Shown here in pieces: positions 19,796-29,768 of a stretch of 64,000 bases of DNA. The notes beneath the pieces were generated by a model. The model ran no database searches. It was not told where the DNA came from and was given only the letters and a program-made list of their open reading frames with translations. The DNA lies in assembly GCA_963665775.2 (NCBI GenBank), contig CAXXTF010000002.1:416001-480000 (forward strand). The letters are read 5' to 3'. The stretch comes from Dehalococcoidia bacterium. Lineage in GTDB: Bacteria > Chloroflexota > Dehalococcoidia > SM23-28-2 > RBG-16-64-32. Position 1 is the first letter of the stretch. Each line of letters begins with the position of its first letter. A program made the position numbers and the translations under genes.

Positions 19796-21781
19796 ATGGT
19801 TAGTAGCTCAGAAGCAGCCGCAAGGTTTAAGAACCTGCTTAGTCCCCTGCAAATCGGCAATTTCACAGTACGCAACCGACTACTCAGTACGGCTCACGGC
19901 ACCGGTATGGGATCGATGGGCCTGCCCTCCCCGCGGATGCGGGACTACTGGCTCTCCAAGGCCAAGGGGGGCATCGGCCTCATCATTACGCAGGCCGATA
20001 ACGTAGACCCCTCGGGCGGTAGAGGTGGTGGTGGGATCCAGCTCTGGCGGGAGGAGATTATCCCGCCCTTACGTCAGATTTCCGCTGCCCTCCACGACGC
20101 TGGTGCCAAGTTCGTGCTTCAGATGAACCACTCGGGCCGTTCCACCTATGGCGGCTGGATGGCCTTGGAGCCGGTCTGGTCTGCTTCCGCCGTCCAGAGC
20201 CCCTACGAATACAACAACGAGACACCCTTCGAGATGAGGGTGAAGGACATCCGGGATGTGGTCAAGGCCTACGGCTCGGCGGCCCGTCGCGCACAGGCCG
20301 GAGGCGTGGACGGGGTGGAGGTCCACGCCGCCCACGACTACCTCTTCCAGCAGTTTATGTCGCCGAAGTCTAACAAGCGGACCGACGACTACGGTGGCTC
20401 CGAGGACAATCGTCTCCGCTTCCTCCACGAGGCCCTCGACGCTGTCCGAGCAGAGGTCACCGATGACTTCTGTGTGGGCATCCGCATTAACGGCGACGAG
20501 GACAACGAGGAAGGCCTGACGATCGATGACATGGAGCGGATTATCCAGAAGATCACCGCTCGTCACAAGATTGACTACGTAAGCGTCAGCGGCGGCAGCA
20601 GTGGCCGCAACGTCATTATTCCCGTCAACATCGTGCCGCCCGGCCAGTACGTGCCCCTGGCGGCGCGCATCAAGCAGGTGGTGGACGTACCCGTCTTCTG
20701 CGTAGGCGGCATCACGGACCCCGTCATGGCGGAGGGGATCCTGGAGCAGCACCAGGCGGATATGGTAGGGATGACCCGGGCCCACATAGCAGACCCGGAG
20801 ATCGGCAACAAGGTACGTGAGGGCCGCCTGGATGAGATTCGGGCCTGCATTCGCTGTATGGAGGGCTGCTTGAATAGCCCCGTCGGCATGAGCTGCGTGG
20901 TGAACCCCAGTGTAGGCCGGGAGGCCGAGACGGAACTGACCCCGGCGCCGGTCAAGAAGAAGGTGATGGTCATCGGCGGCGGCATCGCCGGCATGCAAGC
21001 GGCCTGGGCAGCGGCGATGCGGGGCCACGAGGTCTCCCTCTACGAGAAGGATTCCCAGTTGGGCGGCCAGCTCCTCACCTCGGCCAAGGCGCCAGCGCGG
21101 GCAGAGATGGCCGAGCCTGCCCGTTACTTTACGAGGCAGTTCCAACTGCTGGAGGTCCCCGTCCACCTGGAGGTCACCGCGGACGAAGAGCTGGTGGGGC
21201 GGGAGAACCCCGACGTCATCATCGTGGCTACCGGCGGGGTAGCTCAGTGGCCGCCCATCGAGGGGATCGAGGACGGCAAGGCCGAGGGCGTAAACGTCTA
21301 CCTGGCCCGCGACGTGGTGGACGGTAAAGTCGAGGTGACCGGCGATAAGGTTATCGTCTACTCCTTGGACTACGGGATGGAGCCGCTCAGCGCCGCCGAC
21401 TTCCTGGTGGATCGGGGTAAGGAAGTGGAGATCCTCTCCCCGTATCCCCACATCGGCCAGGTCGTGGAACGGCTGATGATGAGGCCCATGATGCTGTCCC
21501 GCCTGACCGATAGGGGGGTCAAGATCAGCATCCTGACCGGCATCAAGGCCGTCCGCAATGGCCAGATCATCGTCAATAACTTCCCACCCTTCGGCAGTAA
21601 GGAATGGCCGGTGGAGGGGGTGAAGGACCTCGTGATCTCGGCCGGCAGCGAAGCCAATGATGCCCTCTGGCGGTCCCTGGAGGGAAAGGGGAGGGAGGTT
21701 ATCCCCGTAGGCGAAGCCCAGGCCCCACGCCTGCTGTTTCGTTCCGCTCTGGAAGGCTTTCTGGCTGGTCAGCGATTATAA
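19796..21781 (+). CDS. FadH/OYE-family NADH:flavin oxidoreductase (FMN barrel, 4Fe-4S, FAD domain)
   Basis: EVHAAHDYL, NKRTDDYGGS, CIRCMEGC...C..NP, VIGGGIAG. Confidence 0.92.
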   Translation: MVSSSEAAARFKNLLSPLQIGNFTVRNRLLSTAHGTGMGSMGLPSPRMRDYWLSKAKGGIGLIITQADNVDPSGGRGGGGIQLWREEIIPPLRQISAALHDAGAKFVLQMNHSGRSTYGGWMALEPVWSASAVQSPYEYNNETPFEMRVKDIRDVVKAYGSAARRAQAGGVDGVEVHAAHDYLFQQFMSPKSNKRTDDYGGSEDNRLRFLHEALDAVRAEVTDDFCVGIRINGDEDNEEGLTIDDMERIIQKITARHKIDYVSVSGGSSGRNVIIPVNIVPPGQYVPLAARIKQVVDVPVFCVGGITDPVMAEGILEQHQADMVGMTRAHIADPEIGNKVREGRLDEIRACIRCMEGCLNSPVGMSCVVNPSVGREAETELTPAPVKKKVMVIGGGIAGMQAAWAAAMRGHEVSLYEKDSQLGGQLLTSAKAPARAEMAEPARYFTRQFQLLEVPVHLEVTADEELVGRENPDVIIVATGGVAQWPPIEGIEDGKAEGVNVYLARDVVDGKVEVTGDKVIVYSLDYGMEPLSAADFLVDRGKEVEILSPYPHIGQVVERLMMRPMMLSRLTDRGVKISILTGIKAVRNGQIIVNNFPPFGSKEWPVEGVKDLVISAGSEANDALWRSLEGKGREVIPVGEAQAPRLLFRSALEGFLAGQRL

Positions 21782-21898
21782 TGGAAAGCGAGCGAATGCT
21801 GCCGGGCGTTCGCCTCCTGCCCCTAACTATGCGGTGGTGGCCGGAAAGCGGTCGCTGGCCGGAACACTCAGCACCATTTTTCGTCCCCTTGATGCTAG

Positions 21899-22981
21899 AT
21901 GAGTAATCGCAAACAGTCTGCCTCCTCTAAAGCGCCGTCCGCCAAGGCGCGGGGTCGCTCCCGAAGTGCCGAGCGTACGGACGGCGCCAAGCGTGACAGC
22001 ATGCAGGTGATAGCCTCCGGGCAGGGGGAGTTCCTTGCCCCTGACCCCGACGGTTTTCGCCGCTTCATACGCGATAACAAGGTTCGGAACGAGGTAGACA
22101 AGCGCATGTCTGCCCAGGAGGCCGTCCAGCGCTTCGTACAGGACGGCAACTATATCACCCTTGACGGCAACATGGGATATCGGGGCCCTAACCTCTTACT
22201 GCGGGAGGTCATCCGTCAGCGCAAGCGAGACTTATGGGTGGCGGCCGGGCCAGGCACCAATGAGATCCCCCTTCTTGTGGCGGCGGGCTGTGTATCCCGC
22301 GTGGATGTGGGCTGGATGGACCCCAGTCCCGTTATCCAGTACGCGATGAGGGAGGGACGGCTGAAGGTGGTGGAGTGGAGCAACGGCGGGCTCTCCTACC
22401 GGCATCTGGCCGGCGCCATGGGGGTCCCCTTCCTCCCCGTCCGCTTCCTGGGCGGCTCCGGCGCGTTCGAGCATTCGGGAGCCAAGCTGATAAAGGACCC
22501 CTTCACCGGTGAGAACCTCGTTCTGGTGCCGGCCATCAATCCAGATGTGGCCTTGATCCACGTTCACCAATCTGACCGCTTCGGCAACTGTCGGGTCTTT
22601 GGTCCCGGCTTTGCCCCCGCAGAGAAGGCGGGCAGTGCCAAGCGGGTTATTATCTCCACAGAGGAGATCATTGAACCTGCAGAGATCCGCCGCCTCCCGG
22701 GCCTAACCACCATCCCTCATTACATAGTGGATGCGGTGGTGCACGCCCCCTTCGGGGCCTATCCCGGCGGCATGCCCGGCATGTATCACGGGGACGGGGA
22801 GCACATGGGCGATTTAGCCGCCGCACAGAGGTCAAGACGAGATTCAGGCCTGTTGGAGAAATTCTTGGAGAAGTGGATATACAGCGTAGCGTCCGATGAG
22901 GAGATGTTGGAGAAGCACGTGGAGCGGGAGACGCTAAGTGAAATGAGGACAAGCAACATTAGCGAGGCATTCGGCGTATGA
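21899..22981 (+). CDS. Class I CoA-transferase alpha subunit (GctA-like)
   Basis: EAVQRFVQDG, AGAMGVPFLP, DPFTGE, PAINPDVALIHV..SDRFGN, VDAVVHAPFGAYP. Confidence 0.88.
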   Translation: MSNRKQSASSKAPSAKARGRSRSAERTDGAKRDSMQVIASGQGEFLAPDPDGFRRFIRDNKVRNEVDKRMSAQEAVQRFVQDGNYITLDGNMGYRGPNLLLREVIRQRKRDLWVAAGPGTNEIPLLVAAGCVSRVDVGWMDPSPVIQYAMREGRLKVVEWSNGGLSYRHLAGAMGVPFLPVRFLGGSGAFEHSGAKLIKDPFTGENLVLVPAINPDVALIHVHQSDRFGNCRVFGPGFAPAEKAGSAKRVIISTEEIIEPAEIRRLPGLTTIPHYIVDAVVHAPFGAYPGGMPGMYHGDGEHMGDLAAAQRSRRDSGLLEKFLEKWIYSVASDEEMLEKHVERETLSEMRTSNISEAFGV

Positions 22982-23835
22982 TCGACGATACCATTACCTT
23001 CACAGACACGGAGGCGCTCGCCGTTCAGGGAGCGCGCTTGATGGAGTCAGGCCGCAGCTATTTCATCGCGGCGGGAGGGCCGCCCGCCCTGGCCGTTATA
23101 CTGGGCAAGCGGCTTTATGCGCCGGACCTGATCTATTCGTACGGAGATGGCGCCATAGACCCTCAACCGGACTACCCCCCACGCAGAACGACCACCCCTT
23201 ACACGCGGTCCGCGGCCTTTGGGAGCATGAACAACCCTCGCTTCCAGGCTACCGCGGGCTATATGGACTATGCTGCCCTGGAAGCCATACAGGTGGACCA
23301 GTTCGGTAACTTCAACACCTCGATGATTGGTACCGACTACGAGCGGCCGCGACGCCGTTTTGGCGGCGCCGGCGGCGCCAATGAGATGGCCTCCTGTTGC
23401 TGGCGGACCATCCTAGTACTGAGGCTGGAGGAGCGCCGGCTCGTCCCCCAGGTGGACTTCATCACCTCCCCGGGCTTTCTAGACGGCTCCCCCAGAGCGC
23501 GTGAGCGAGCCGGCTTACCGGCGGACACGGGTCCCTATCGGGTGATTACTGACCAGGCCATTTTCGGTTTCGAGGAGAAGAGCCACCGCATGGAGCTCCT
23601 CGCTGTCGGCTCGTGGACATCGGCGGAGGCGGTGATCGGGAAGATGGAATTCGAGCCTCTAGTGGCGAAAGACCTGAAGGTACTAGAGCAGCCCACTCTG
23701 GTAGAGTTATGGTCCCTGCGGACTGAGATCGATCCGGGTGGGCGTGCCCTCGCTGGCTTCTCGCAGGATTTCCAGGTGGCGAGGGGTGGATGGATTTCAC
23801 CCGATACCAGTGCCACCGGAAGCCTGGCCCTATGA
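22978..23835 (+). CDS. Class I CoA-transferase beta subunit (GctB-like); Gly at the expected catalytic Glu position
   Basis: QVDQFGNFNTS, GAGGANEMAS, VDFITSPG, GPYRVITD; APDLIYSYGDG where xExG is expected. Confidence 0.85.
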   Translation: MIDDTITFTDTEALAVQGARLMESGRSYFIAAGGPPALAVILGKRLYAPDLIYSYGDGAIDPQPDYPPRRTTTPYTRSAAFGSMNNPRFQATAGYMDYAALEAIQVDQFGNFNTSMIGTDYERPRRRFGGAGGANEMASCCWRTILVLRLEERRLVPQVDFITSPGFLDGSPRARERAGLPADTGPYRVITDQAIFGFEEKSHRMELLAVGSWTSAEAVIGKMEFEPLVAKDLKVLEQPTLVELWSLRTEIDPGGRALAGFSQDFQVARGGWISPDTSATGSLAL

Positions 23836-23851
23836 TCGTCGGGAGGGGCTC

Positions 23852-23881
23852 TTGACATACCCTAGGGCCAGTGGCTATCGT
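23852..23881 (+). promoter_or_regulatory. Sigma70-type promoter for the solute-binding protein gene
   Basis: TTGACA at 23852, TATCGT at 23876 (18-nt spacer); AAGGAGG RBS before 23933. Confidence 0.5.
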
Positions 23882-23932
23882 TTGATAATGTATTGTTTGT
23901 CTAGAGCAATATCCTAAAATAAGGAGGACATA

Positions 23933-25753
23933 ATGGACAACAATTACTGGGCACGATACTGGCGTAACCGTCTGACGCGCCGAACCCTATTGCGGACCAC
24001 CGCGGTCGGTGCCGGCGGCCTCGTTACGGCGGCGGTCGTAGGCTGTGGGGATGACGAAGAGGTGCCGGGGGCGACTACGCCTGCCGCCACCGCTACCCCC
24101 GCCGCAACGACCCCGGGCGCCACGGCTACCCCCGGCCCAACTGCCACCGAGGCCCCACCGGCGATCACGCGGGGCGGAAGGTACATTACCGGCGGTTCTA
24201 CCCGGAGCCCCACCACCACGGACCCTCATAAGAAAGGCGGCGGTGCCTACAGGTCCACCGTCAACAGCCGTCTGTTCACTCGGGAGACTGGCCCAGACTT
24301 CGAGTTATGGGGATCGCCGGGCGTGCCAGACGCCGTCGACACGTTCGAGCAGCCCGAGCCCACTGTCCTCATCGTGAAGCTCAAGCCCAACGTCGTGTTC
24401 GGCCATCCCATCAGCCGGGCCATGACCGCCGACGACGTCATCTACTCCTTCAGCCGCTACACCGGTGGCATCGAGGGGGTTCCCGAATCACCGGAAGGGG
24501 GAGCTACCAAGAGGATCTTCAAGTCCTGGACCAAGATAGACGATCTCACCGTCCGCTTCGACTTGAAGCAGCCCCAGGCCAACCTACTCTACTGGATGTC
24601 GGCCAGCTACACCCCCTTCCTGATGCCCGAGAATGCTGACAAGCTGTACGATGTCGATAACGTGGCGGTAGGGTCCGGCCCCTGGCGTGTCCAGAATTTC
24701 ACCAATGATGTCACCCTGGTATTAGAGCGGAACCCTGACTGGTTTGGCGGACCGGAAAGGCCTTACCTGGACCAGACCGAGAGTCTCGTTTCGGGGGACT
24801 ACACCTCCAGGTTGACCCAGTTCCTGGGCGGCAACTTTATGAGTCTGGTGAATGTCCCGGGTGGAGACCTCAAGCGGCTACAAGATACGATAGAAGGTGT
24901 GCAGCTCATCCTCAACCTTGTAGGAGACCCGGTGAACATGAGCGGCCTAACCTTCTCCCCTGAGAGGATCACCCCGAACGCCCCCTGGCGGGACCCGAGG
25001 GTGCGTCAGGCAATCTCGATGGCAATCGACCGGGATGCCATGACCGAGGCCGCCTACGACATCTCGATTCTGCAAGCGCGGGGCTTGGACGTCGAGGTCG
25101 AGTGGAACGGCTTCATCCCGGTGGCGATGCGGGAGTTCTGGAACGACCCCAAGCGGGTGGGGCCCAACAAGATGGATCCGGAGTCGGCCCAGTACTTCGC
25201 GTACGATCCGGAAGGGGCCAGGAACCTGCTAAAGGAGGCCGGCTACGAGGGCGGCTTCAGTGGCGGGCCCTTCTGGTACATCAACATCTTCGGCCCGGGC
25301 AGCATCACCATAGCCGAGCTGACCGCCCAGTACCTCGCCCAGGTCGGGATCAACTTCGACCTCAGCGTCGCCGACTACCGCGGCTACTACGTGCCCTCGA
25401 TCCGCAACACGGGTGATTACGAGGGGATGGCCTTAGTGCCATTCGGGACGTTCGGGGAGCCAGGTGAGGTGCTGGTCGGGATGTACGTCCCCGGCGGCAA
25501 CCGTAACAACGGCCAGATCGATGACCCGGTGCTGACCGCCCAGATCTCAGACATCGAGCAAGATCTGGACCCGCCGTCCCGGAGACAGAAGATTCTCGAC
25601 CTCCAGAACGACCTCGCTCTTAAGATGTACTATGTGCCGATGCAGGCAGGGGCGGCGCCGGTGGCCACCGCCTACCAGCCATATGTACAGAACGCAGTCA
25701 CACATATCAGCCGGCAGGCCTATAACAATTCCTACTACTGGCTCGACCTGTAG
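23933..25753 (+). CDS. Family 5 ABC solute-binding protein, Tat-exported lipoprotein
   Basis: LTRRTLL twin-arginine, VVGC lipobox, TADDVIYSF, VGSGPW, DPRVRQAISMAIDR. Confidence 0.92.
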   Translation: MDNNYWARYWRNRLTRRTLLRTTAVGAGGLVTAAVVGCGDDEEVPGATTPAATATPAATTPGATATPGPTATEAPPAITRGGRYITGGSTRSPTTTDPHKKGGGAYRSTVNSRLFTRETGPDFELWGSPGVPDAVDTFEQPEPTVLIVKLKPNVVFGHPISRAMTADDVIYSFSRYTGGIEGVPESPEGGATKRIFKSWTKIDDLTVRFDLKQPQANLLYWMSASYTPFLMPENADKLYDVDNVAVGSGPWRVQNFTNDVTLVLERNPDWFGGPERPYLDQTESLVSGDYTSRLTQFLGGNFMSLVNVPGGDLKRLQDTIEGVQLILNLVGDPVNMSGLTFSPERITPNAPWRDPRVRQAISMAIDRDAMTEAAYDISILQARGLDVEVEWNGFIPVAMREFWNDPKRVGPNKMDPESAQYFAYDPEGARNLLKEAGYEGGFSGGPFWYINIFGPGSITIAELTAQYLAQVGINFDLSVADYRGYYVPSIRNTGDYEGMALVPFGTFGEPGEVLVGMYVPGGNRNNGQIDDPVLTAQISDIEQDLDPPSRRQKILDLQNDLALKMYYVPMQAGAAPVATAYQPYVQNAVTHISRQAYNNSYYWLDL

Positions 25754-25777
25754 GCGAGAGTAGCGTAGCAAAGGCTG

Positions 25778-25819
25778 GACTAACGCCATCCATCCGGGTA
25801 CGGATGGATGGCGTTAGTC
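25778..25819. terminator. Perfect 19-bp inverted repeat after the binding-protein gene (stabiliser or terminator, no U-tract)
   Basis: GACTAACGCCATCCATCCG-GGTA-CGGATGGATGGCGTTAGTC. Confidence 0.7.
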
Positions 25820-25976
25820 GTGCCCGATGAGTGGGTTCGAGTCAGGGCAGATCGACGATCTGAAGTCCAGAAACGCGGTCGCTTGGAAGGGGACGTACTG
25901 TCTATAGCGCATATTCACTTATCAACATTGACAGCTATATCAGGCTGTAAATGTGCCACCCATCTTGACAAATTTT

Positions 25977-26885
25977 ATGCGTACAGTCACGATACTCCTT
26001 GTCCTAGCAGTCGCCACCTTGCTGCTGGCCAGCGATGGTTCCAGCACATCGTCCGGAAAGATTGCGTTCGCGTCGGACCGCACTGGCAATCTGGAGATCT
26101 ACATCATGAACGCGGATGGCTCCGGCCAGACTCGCCTCACCGACAACACGGGGATCAATCCAGCCTGGTCGCCCGACGGCACTCGCATCGCCTTCAATTC
26201 GGACCGTGACGACAACTTCGATATCTACGTCATGAACGCGGATGGCTCCGACCAGACCAGGCTCACCGATAACCCCGCCTTCGACATCAAGCCCGCCTGG
26301 TCGCCCGACGGCACTCGCATCGCCTTCACTTCGAACCGTGATGGCAATTCTGAGATCTACGTCATGAACGTGGATGGCTCGAATCAGGTCAACCTCACAC
26401 ACAGCGACGCCTTGCAAGCCAACGCGGCCTGGTCGCCAGATGGCTCCCTCATCGCCTTCACCTCAGACTACGAGTTCGACCTCGCCTTCCCCGCAGACTA
26501 CGAGTTCAACCGCGAGATCTACGTGATGAACGCCGATGGCTCCAACAGTACTCGTCTCACCGAAAGCGACGGCTTCGATGGCAGCGCTGCCTGGTCGCCC
26601 GACGGCTCCCGCATCATGTTCACCTCCGACCGCCGCGACGACAATCTCGAGATTTACGTCATGAATGCCGATGGCTCCAATATTACTCGCATCACCAACA
26701 ACAGTGCTATCGACCAATCCCCGGCCTGGTCGCCCGATGGCACTCGGATCGCTTTCTTCTCCTTTCGGGACGGGAAGAAGGATATCTACGTGATGAACGC
26801 CGATGGCTCCGACGAAACCCGGCTTACCAGTGACTCCGCTGATGACCTCGCCCCCGCCTGGTTGCCGGACGGCCAAATATCGTGA
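25977..26885 (+). CDS. Secreted TolB-like PD40 beta-propeller protein
   Basis: Signal peptide; six repeats of IAF.S...[13 protein letters not shown]......PAWSPDG. Confidence 0.9.
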   Translation: MRTVTILLVLAVATLLLASDGSSTSSGKIAFASDRTGNLEIYIMNADGSGQTRLTDNTGINPAWSPDGTRIAFNSDRDDNFDIYVMNADGSDQTRLTDNPAFDIKPAWSPDGTRIAFTSNRDGNSEIYVMNVDGSNQVNLTHSDALQANAAWSPDGSLIAFTSDYEFDLAFPADYEFNREIYVMNADGSNSTRLTESDGFDGSAAWSPDGSRIMFTSDRRDDNLEIYVMNADGSNITRITNNSAIDQSPAWSPDGTRIAFFSFRDGKKDIYVMNADGSDETRLTSDSADDLAPAWLPDGQIS

Positions 26886-26910
26886 CGGCGATGCCGAAAT
26901 TGAAGTTGCC

Positions 26911-29268
26911 ATGACGCTTGCATGTGACGGCCTGAGGGTCCTGGACCTCGGCCAGGGCTACGGGGCGATTCCCGGCATGATCCTGGCCGACTATGGGGCT
27001 GAGGTGATCAAGGTGGAGCCCCTCGGGGGAGAGGCGTTTCGACATCTCCCCGCTTTCCTTCAGTGGAACCGGGGGAAGAAGAGCGTTGTCCTGGACTTGA
27101 AGACGGAGGAGGGCCGCCAGGCGGCCCAGGCCCTGGCCAGAGAGAGCGACGTAGTCATAGAGAACTTCCGGCCAGGGGTAGCCGAGCGGTTGGGCCTGGG
27201 CTACGAGGGGCTAGCTCAGGTGAACCGAGGGCTGGTCTACCTCTCGATCTCGGCCTTTGGTCAGAAGGGCAAGTACCGCCACTATAAAGGGTACGAGGGG
27301 ATCGTTTCGGCCAAGTGTGGCCAGCATCTGCTGCAGTGCGGCTATCGCGGGGACGATCCCCACTACGATGCCGTGTTCAAGTGCAGCTTCGGGTCGGCGA
27401 TCCAGGGGCTCATCGGCATCCTGGCTGCCCTCCACCTGAGAGACGAGGCCGGGGTGGGCCAGAAGGTGGAATCCACGATGGTTCAGGCCCTTTACGTCTA
27501 CTCCTACGGCGGCATCCGCTTTCTCGACGATCCCGCCCTCTACCGCCGTCTGGGTGGTGTCCAGAGCAAGGACCCCACAAACAATAGTACGGGGTTCCAC
27601 ATAGCCCAGTGTGCAGACGGCGAATTCATCCAGTCGGGGAGTGCTGGGCGTATCCTTGATAATATGATGAGGGCGCTCGGCATCGAGGAGTACTTCACGG
27701 ACCCCCGGTTCAAGGGCAACGGGACGCCCGTTACCGATGAGGACAAGGCCTACCTCATCTCCCGGGTAGATGAGGCCTACAAGACCAAGCCCCTGGAGGA
27801 GTGGGTCAGGATCTTCAACGAGCAGGATGTGGGCTATGCGCTCTTTGAGACTACCCAGGAGTTCATGGACTACCCCCAGCTGCTCCACAACGGCCACGTC
27901 ATCGAGGTGGACGACCCCACGGTGGGGAGGATGAAGCAGGTCGGTCCGCTGGTGAAGTTCGTGGGGCAGGAGTGGAAGTTCCCGGGCCCGGCTCCGCAAC
28001 TGGGCCAGCACACAAGGGAGGTGTTGGCCAGGGTAAAGGATGCACCTGGTCAGGCCTCTAGCCCTGCCGGCTCCTCCCCAGCACCGGCCCTCCCTGAAGG
28101 GGCCTTGAACGGCGTCACCATCGTAGACCTCGCTACCTTCGCCGCGGCGCCCGGGGGCCCCGGTATCCTAAGGGACCTGGGGGCCCGGGTCATCAAGGTA
28201 GAACCGCCTGAGGGCGAGCCTATGAGTGGCAATCTGGGGGACCTCTTCTTCCGGCTTCATCGGGGCAAGGAGCGAATCTGCCTTGACCTCAAGACTCCTG
28301 AGGGTAGAGAGATCCTGTACCAGCTTGTGGCTGGGGCCGACATCTTCGTCCACAACTTTCGGCCTGGGGTGCCGGAGCGGCTAGGCCTGGACTACGAGGC
28401 CCTGAGGAAGGTCAACCCCCGCCTGGTCTACCTCTATGCAGCGGCCTTCGGATCCAGCGGGCCCGACGCCCGTCGGCCGGCGTTCGACCCGGTTGTCTCA
28501 GCTATGGCGGGCGCCCAAATCCTCCAGGCAGGTGAAGGTAATCCGCCCCAGGACAAGCGTGTCAGCGACCACAGCGCCTATATGGGGGTGGCGGTGGCCG
28601 CGCTCTTGGGCCTGCAGGCCCGTGCGCGGAGCGGCGAGGGCCAATGCATGGAGACCACCATGCTGTGCAGCGCTGCCTATCTATTCTCCGACGACTTCTT
28701 GCGCTACGGGGGCAAGCCGCCCCGGCCCACTCCCGACAAGGGACAGTACGGCCTGGGCTCCCTGTACCGCCTGTACCGGGCCGAAGAGGGGTGGCTGTTC
28801 CTGGCCGTCCTCACGGACGAGGAGTGGTCGGCCTTTTGCCAGGCGGTGGATCACCCTGACTGGCGGGATGATCCTCGCTTCTCCAGCAAGGGGGAGCGAA
28901 AGGCCCATGATGAGGAGCTGACCGGCCTGCTAGAGCTGCTGTTCAAGGAGCGGGGGGCCCAGGAATGGGAGGAGCTGCTTCAGGCCAGGGATGTTGCCTG
29001 CGCTGTGGCCAGTGGAACGTGGCCCGATTTTCTCTTCGACGATTGGGACGGGGGCGACCCGCAGTGCACGGCTGCTTATAGCTACCCGGGGATAGGGCAG
29101 ATGAGGCATTCGGGCATGAAGGTCATGCTGCTCAAGACGCCGGGCAGGATCGGATCGCCGCAGGTTCTGGGGGAGTCCACCAGGGCGGTGCTGGCGGAGC
29201 TGGGATATAGCCCAGGCCAGATCGACGATCTGAAGTCCAGAAACGTGGTCGCTTGGAAAGAGGCGTGA
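26911..29268 (+). CDS. Tandem double-domain class III CoA-transferase (CaiB/BaiF)
   Basis: Two copies of GA.VIKVEP, (N/H)RGK....LDLKT.EG, NFRPGV.ERLGL; Asp kept only in domain 2 (VSDHS). Confidence 0.93.
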   Translation: MTLACDGLRVLDLGQGYGAIPGMILADYGAEVIKVEPLGGEAFRHLPAFLQWNRGKKSVVLDLKTEEGRQAAQALARESDVVIENFRPGVAERLGLGYEGLAQVNRGLVYLSISAFGQKGKYRHYKGYEGIVSAKCGQHLLQCGYRGDDPHYDAVFKCSFGSAIQGLIGILAALHLRDEAGVGQKVESTMVQALYVYSYGGIRFLDDPALYRRLGGVQSKDPTNNSTGFHIAQCADGEFIQSGSAGRILDNMMRALGIEEYFTDPRFKGNGTPVTDEDKAYLISRVDEAYKTKPLEEWVRIFNEQDVGYALFETTQEFMDYPQLLHNGHVIEVDDPTVGRMKQVGPLVKFVGQEWKFPGPAPQLGQHTREVLARVKDAPGQASSPAGSSPAPALPEGALNGVTIVDLATFAAAPGGPGILRDLGARVIKVEPPEGEPMSGNLGDLFFRLHRGKERICLDLKTPEGREILYQLVAGADIFVHNFRPGVPERLGLDYEALRKVNPRLVYLYAAAFGSSGPDARRPAFDPVVSAMAGAQILQAGEGNPPQDKRVSDHSAYMGVAVAALLGLQARARSGEGQCMETTMLCSAAYLFSDDFLRYGGKPPRPTPDKGQYGLGSLYRLYRAEEGWLFLAVLTDEEWSAFCQAVDHPDWRDDPRFSSKGERKAHDEELTGLLELLFKERGAQEWEELLQARDVACAVASGTWPDFLFDDWDGGDPQCTAAYSYPGIGQMRHSGMKVMLLKTPGRIGSPQVLGESTRAVLAELGYSPGQIDDLKSRNVVAWKEA

Positions 29269-29348
29269 ACGCAAAGACGCATATGTGACCTTGTCAGTAA
29301 CATTGCGTCGCACTCCTATCACGCTCTTAGTACAAGGGGAGGAACCGA

Positions 29349-29747
29349 ATGACTCTGACGTTGGATGAGGCCGAACGGATCATCGATGGAGCCCAGCGGA
29401 AGGCCGCGGAATTGGGCACCGCCGTCACTGTAGCTATCGTCGATGCTGGCGGTCACTTGGTGGCCCTGGGACGAATGGACGGTGCGGGCTTCCCCACCGT
29501 GGAAATCGCCCGGGATAAGGCCCTGACCGCCGCTGGCTTTGGAGCCGACACGGATCAACTGGCCCAGAGTGTGGGGCAGATGCCCGCTTTCGCCAGCGGC
29601 ATCCAGATTGCCGGGGGCTGGCTGAGGTTCGTGGGCGGCGGCATCCCCCTGCGGCGGGACGGCCAGTTGTTGGGGGCCATCGGCATCTCCGGCAGCAGCA
29701 GTCAACAGGATGTCGACTGCGCCCAGGCGGGTCTGGCTCAGCTATAG
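29349..29747 (+). CDS. GlcG/HbpS family heme-binding protein
   Basis: VAIVDAGGHLV, RMDGA, IARDKALTA, GGGIPL, GAIGISG, QDVDCA; GGAGG RBS. Confidence 0.9.
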   Translation: MTLTLDEAERIIDGAQRKAAELGTAVTVAIVDAGGHLVALGRMDGAGFPTVEIARDKALTAAGFGADTDQLAQSVGQMPAFASGIQIAGGWLRFVGGGIPLRRDGQLLGAIGISGSSSQQDVDCAQAGLAQL

Positions 29748-29768
29748 GCGTAGAGGGTACCGCCTAAG

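Noticed and set aside
26060-26870. Long DNA repeats suggesting a DGR or repeat array
   Set aside because: Explained by PD40 propeller blades; no reverse transcriptase and no evident adenine-specific variation.
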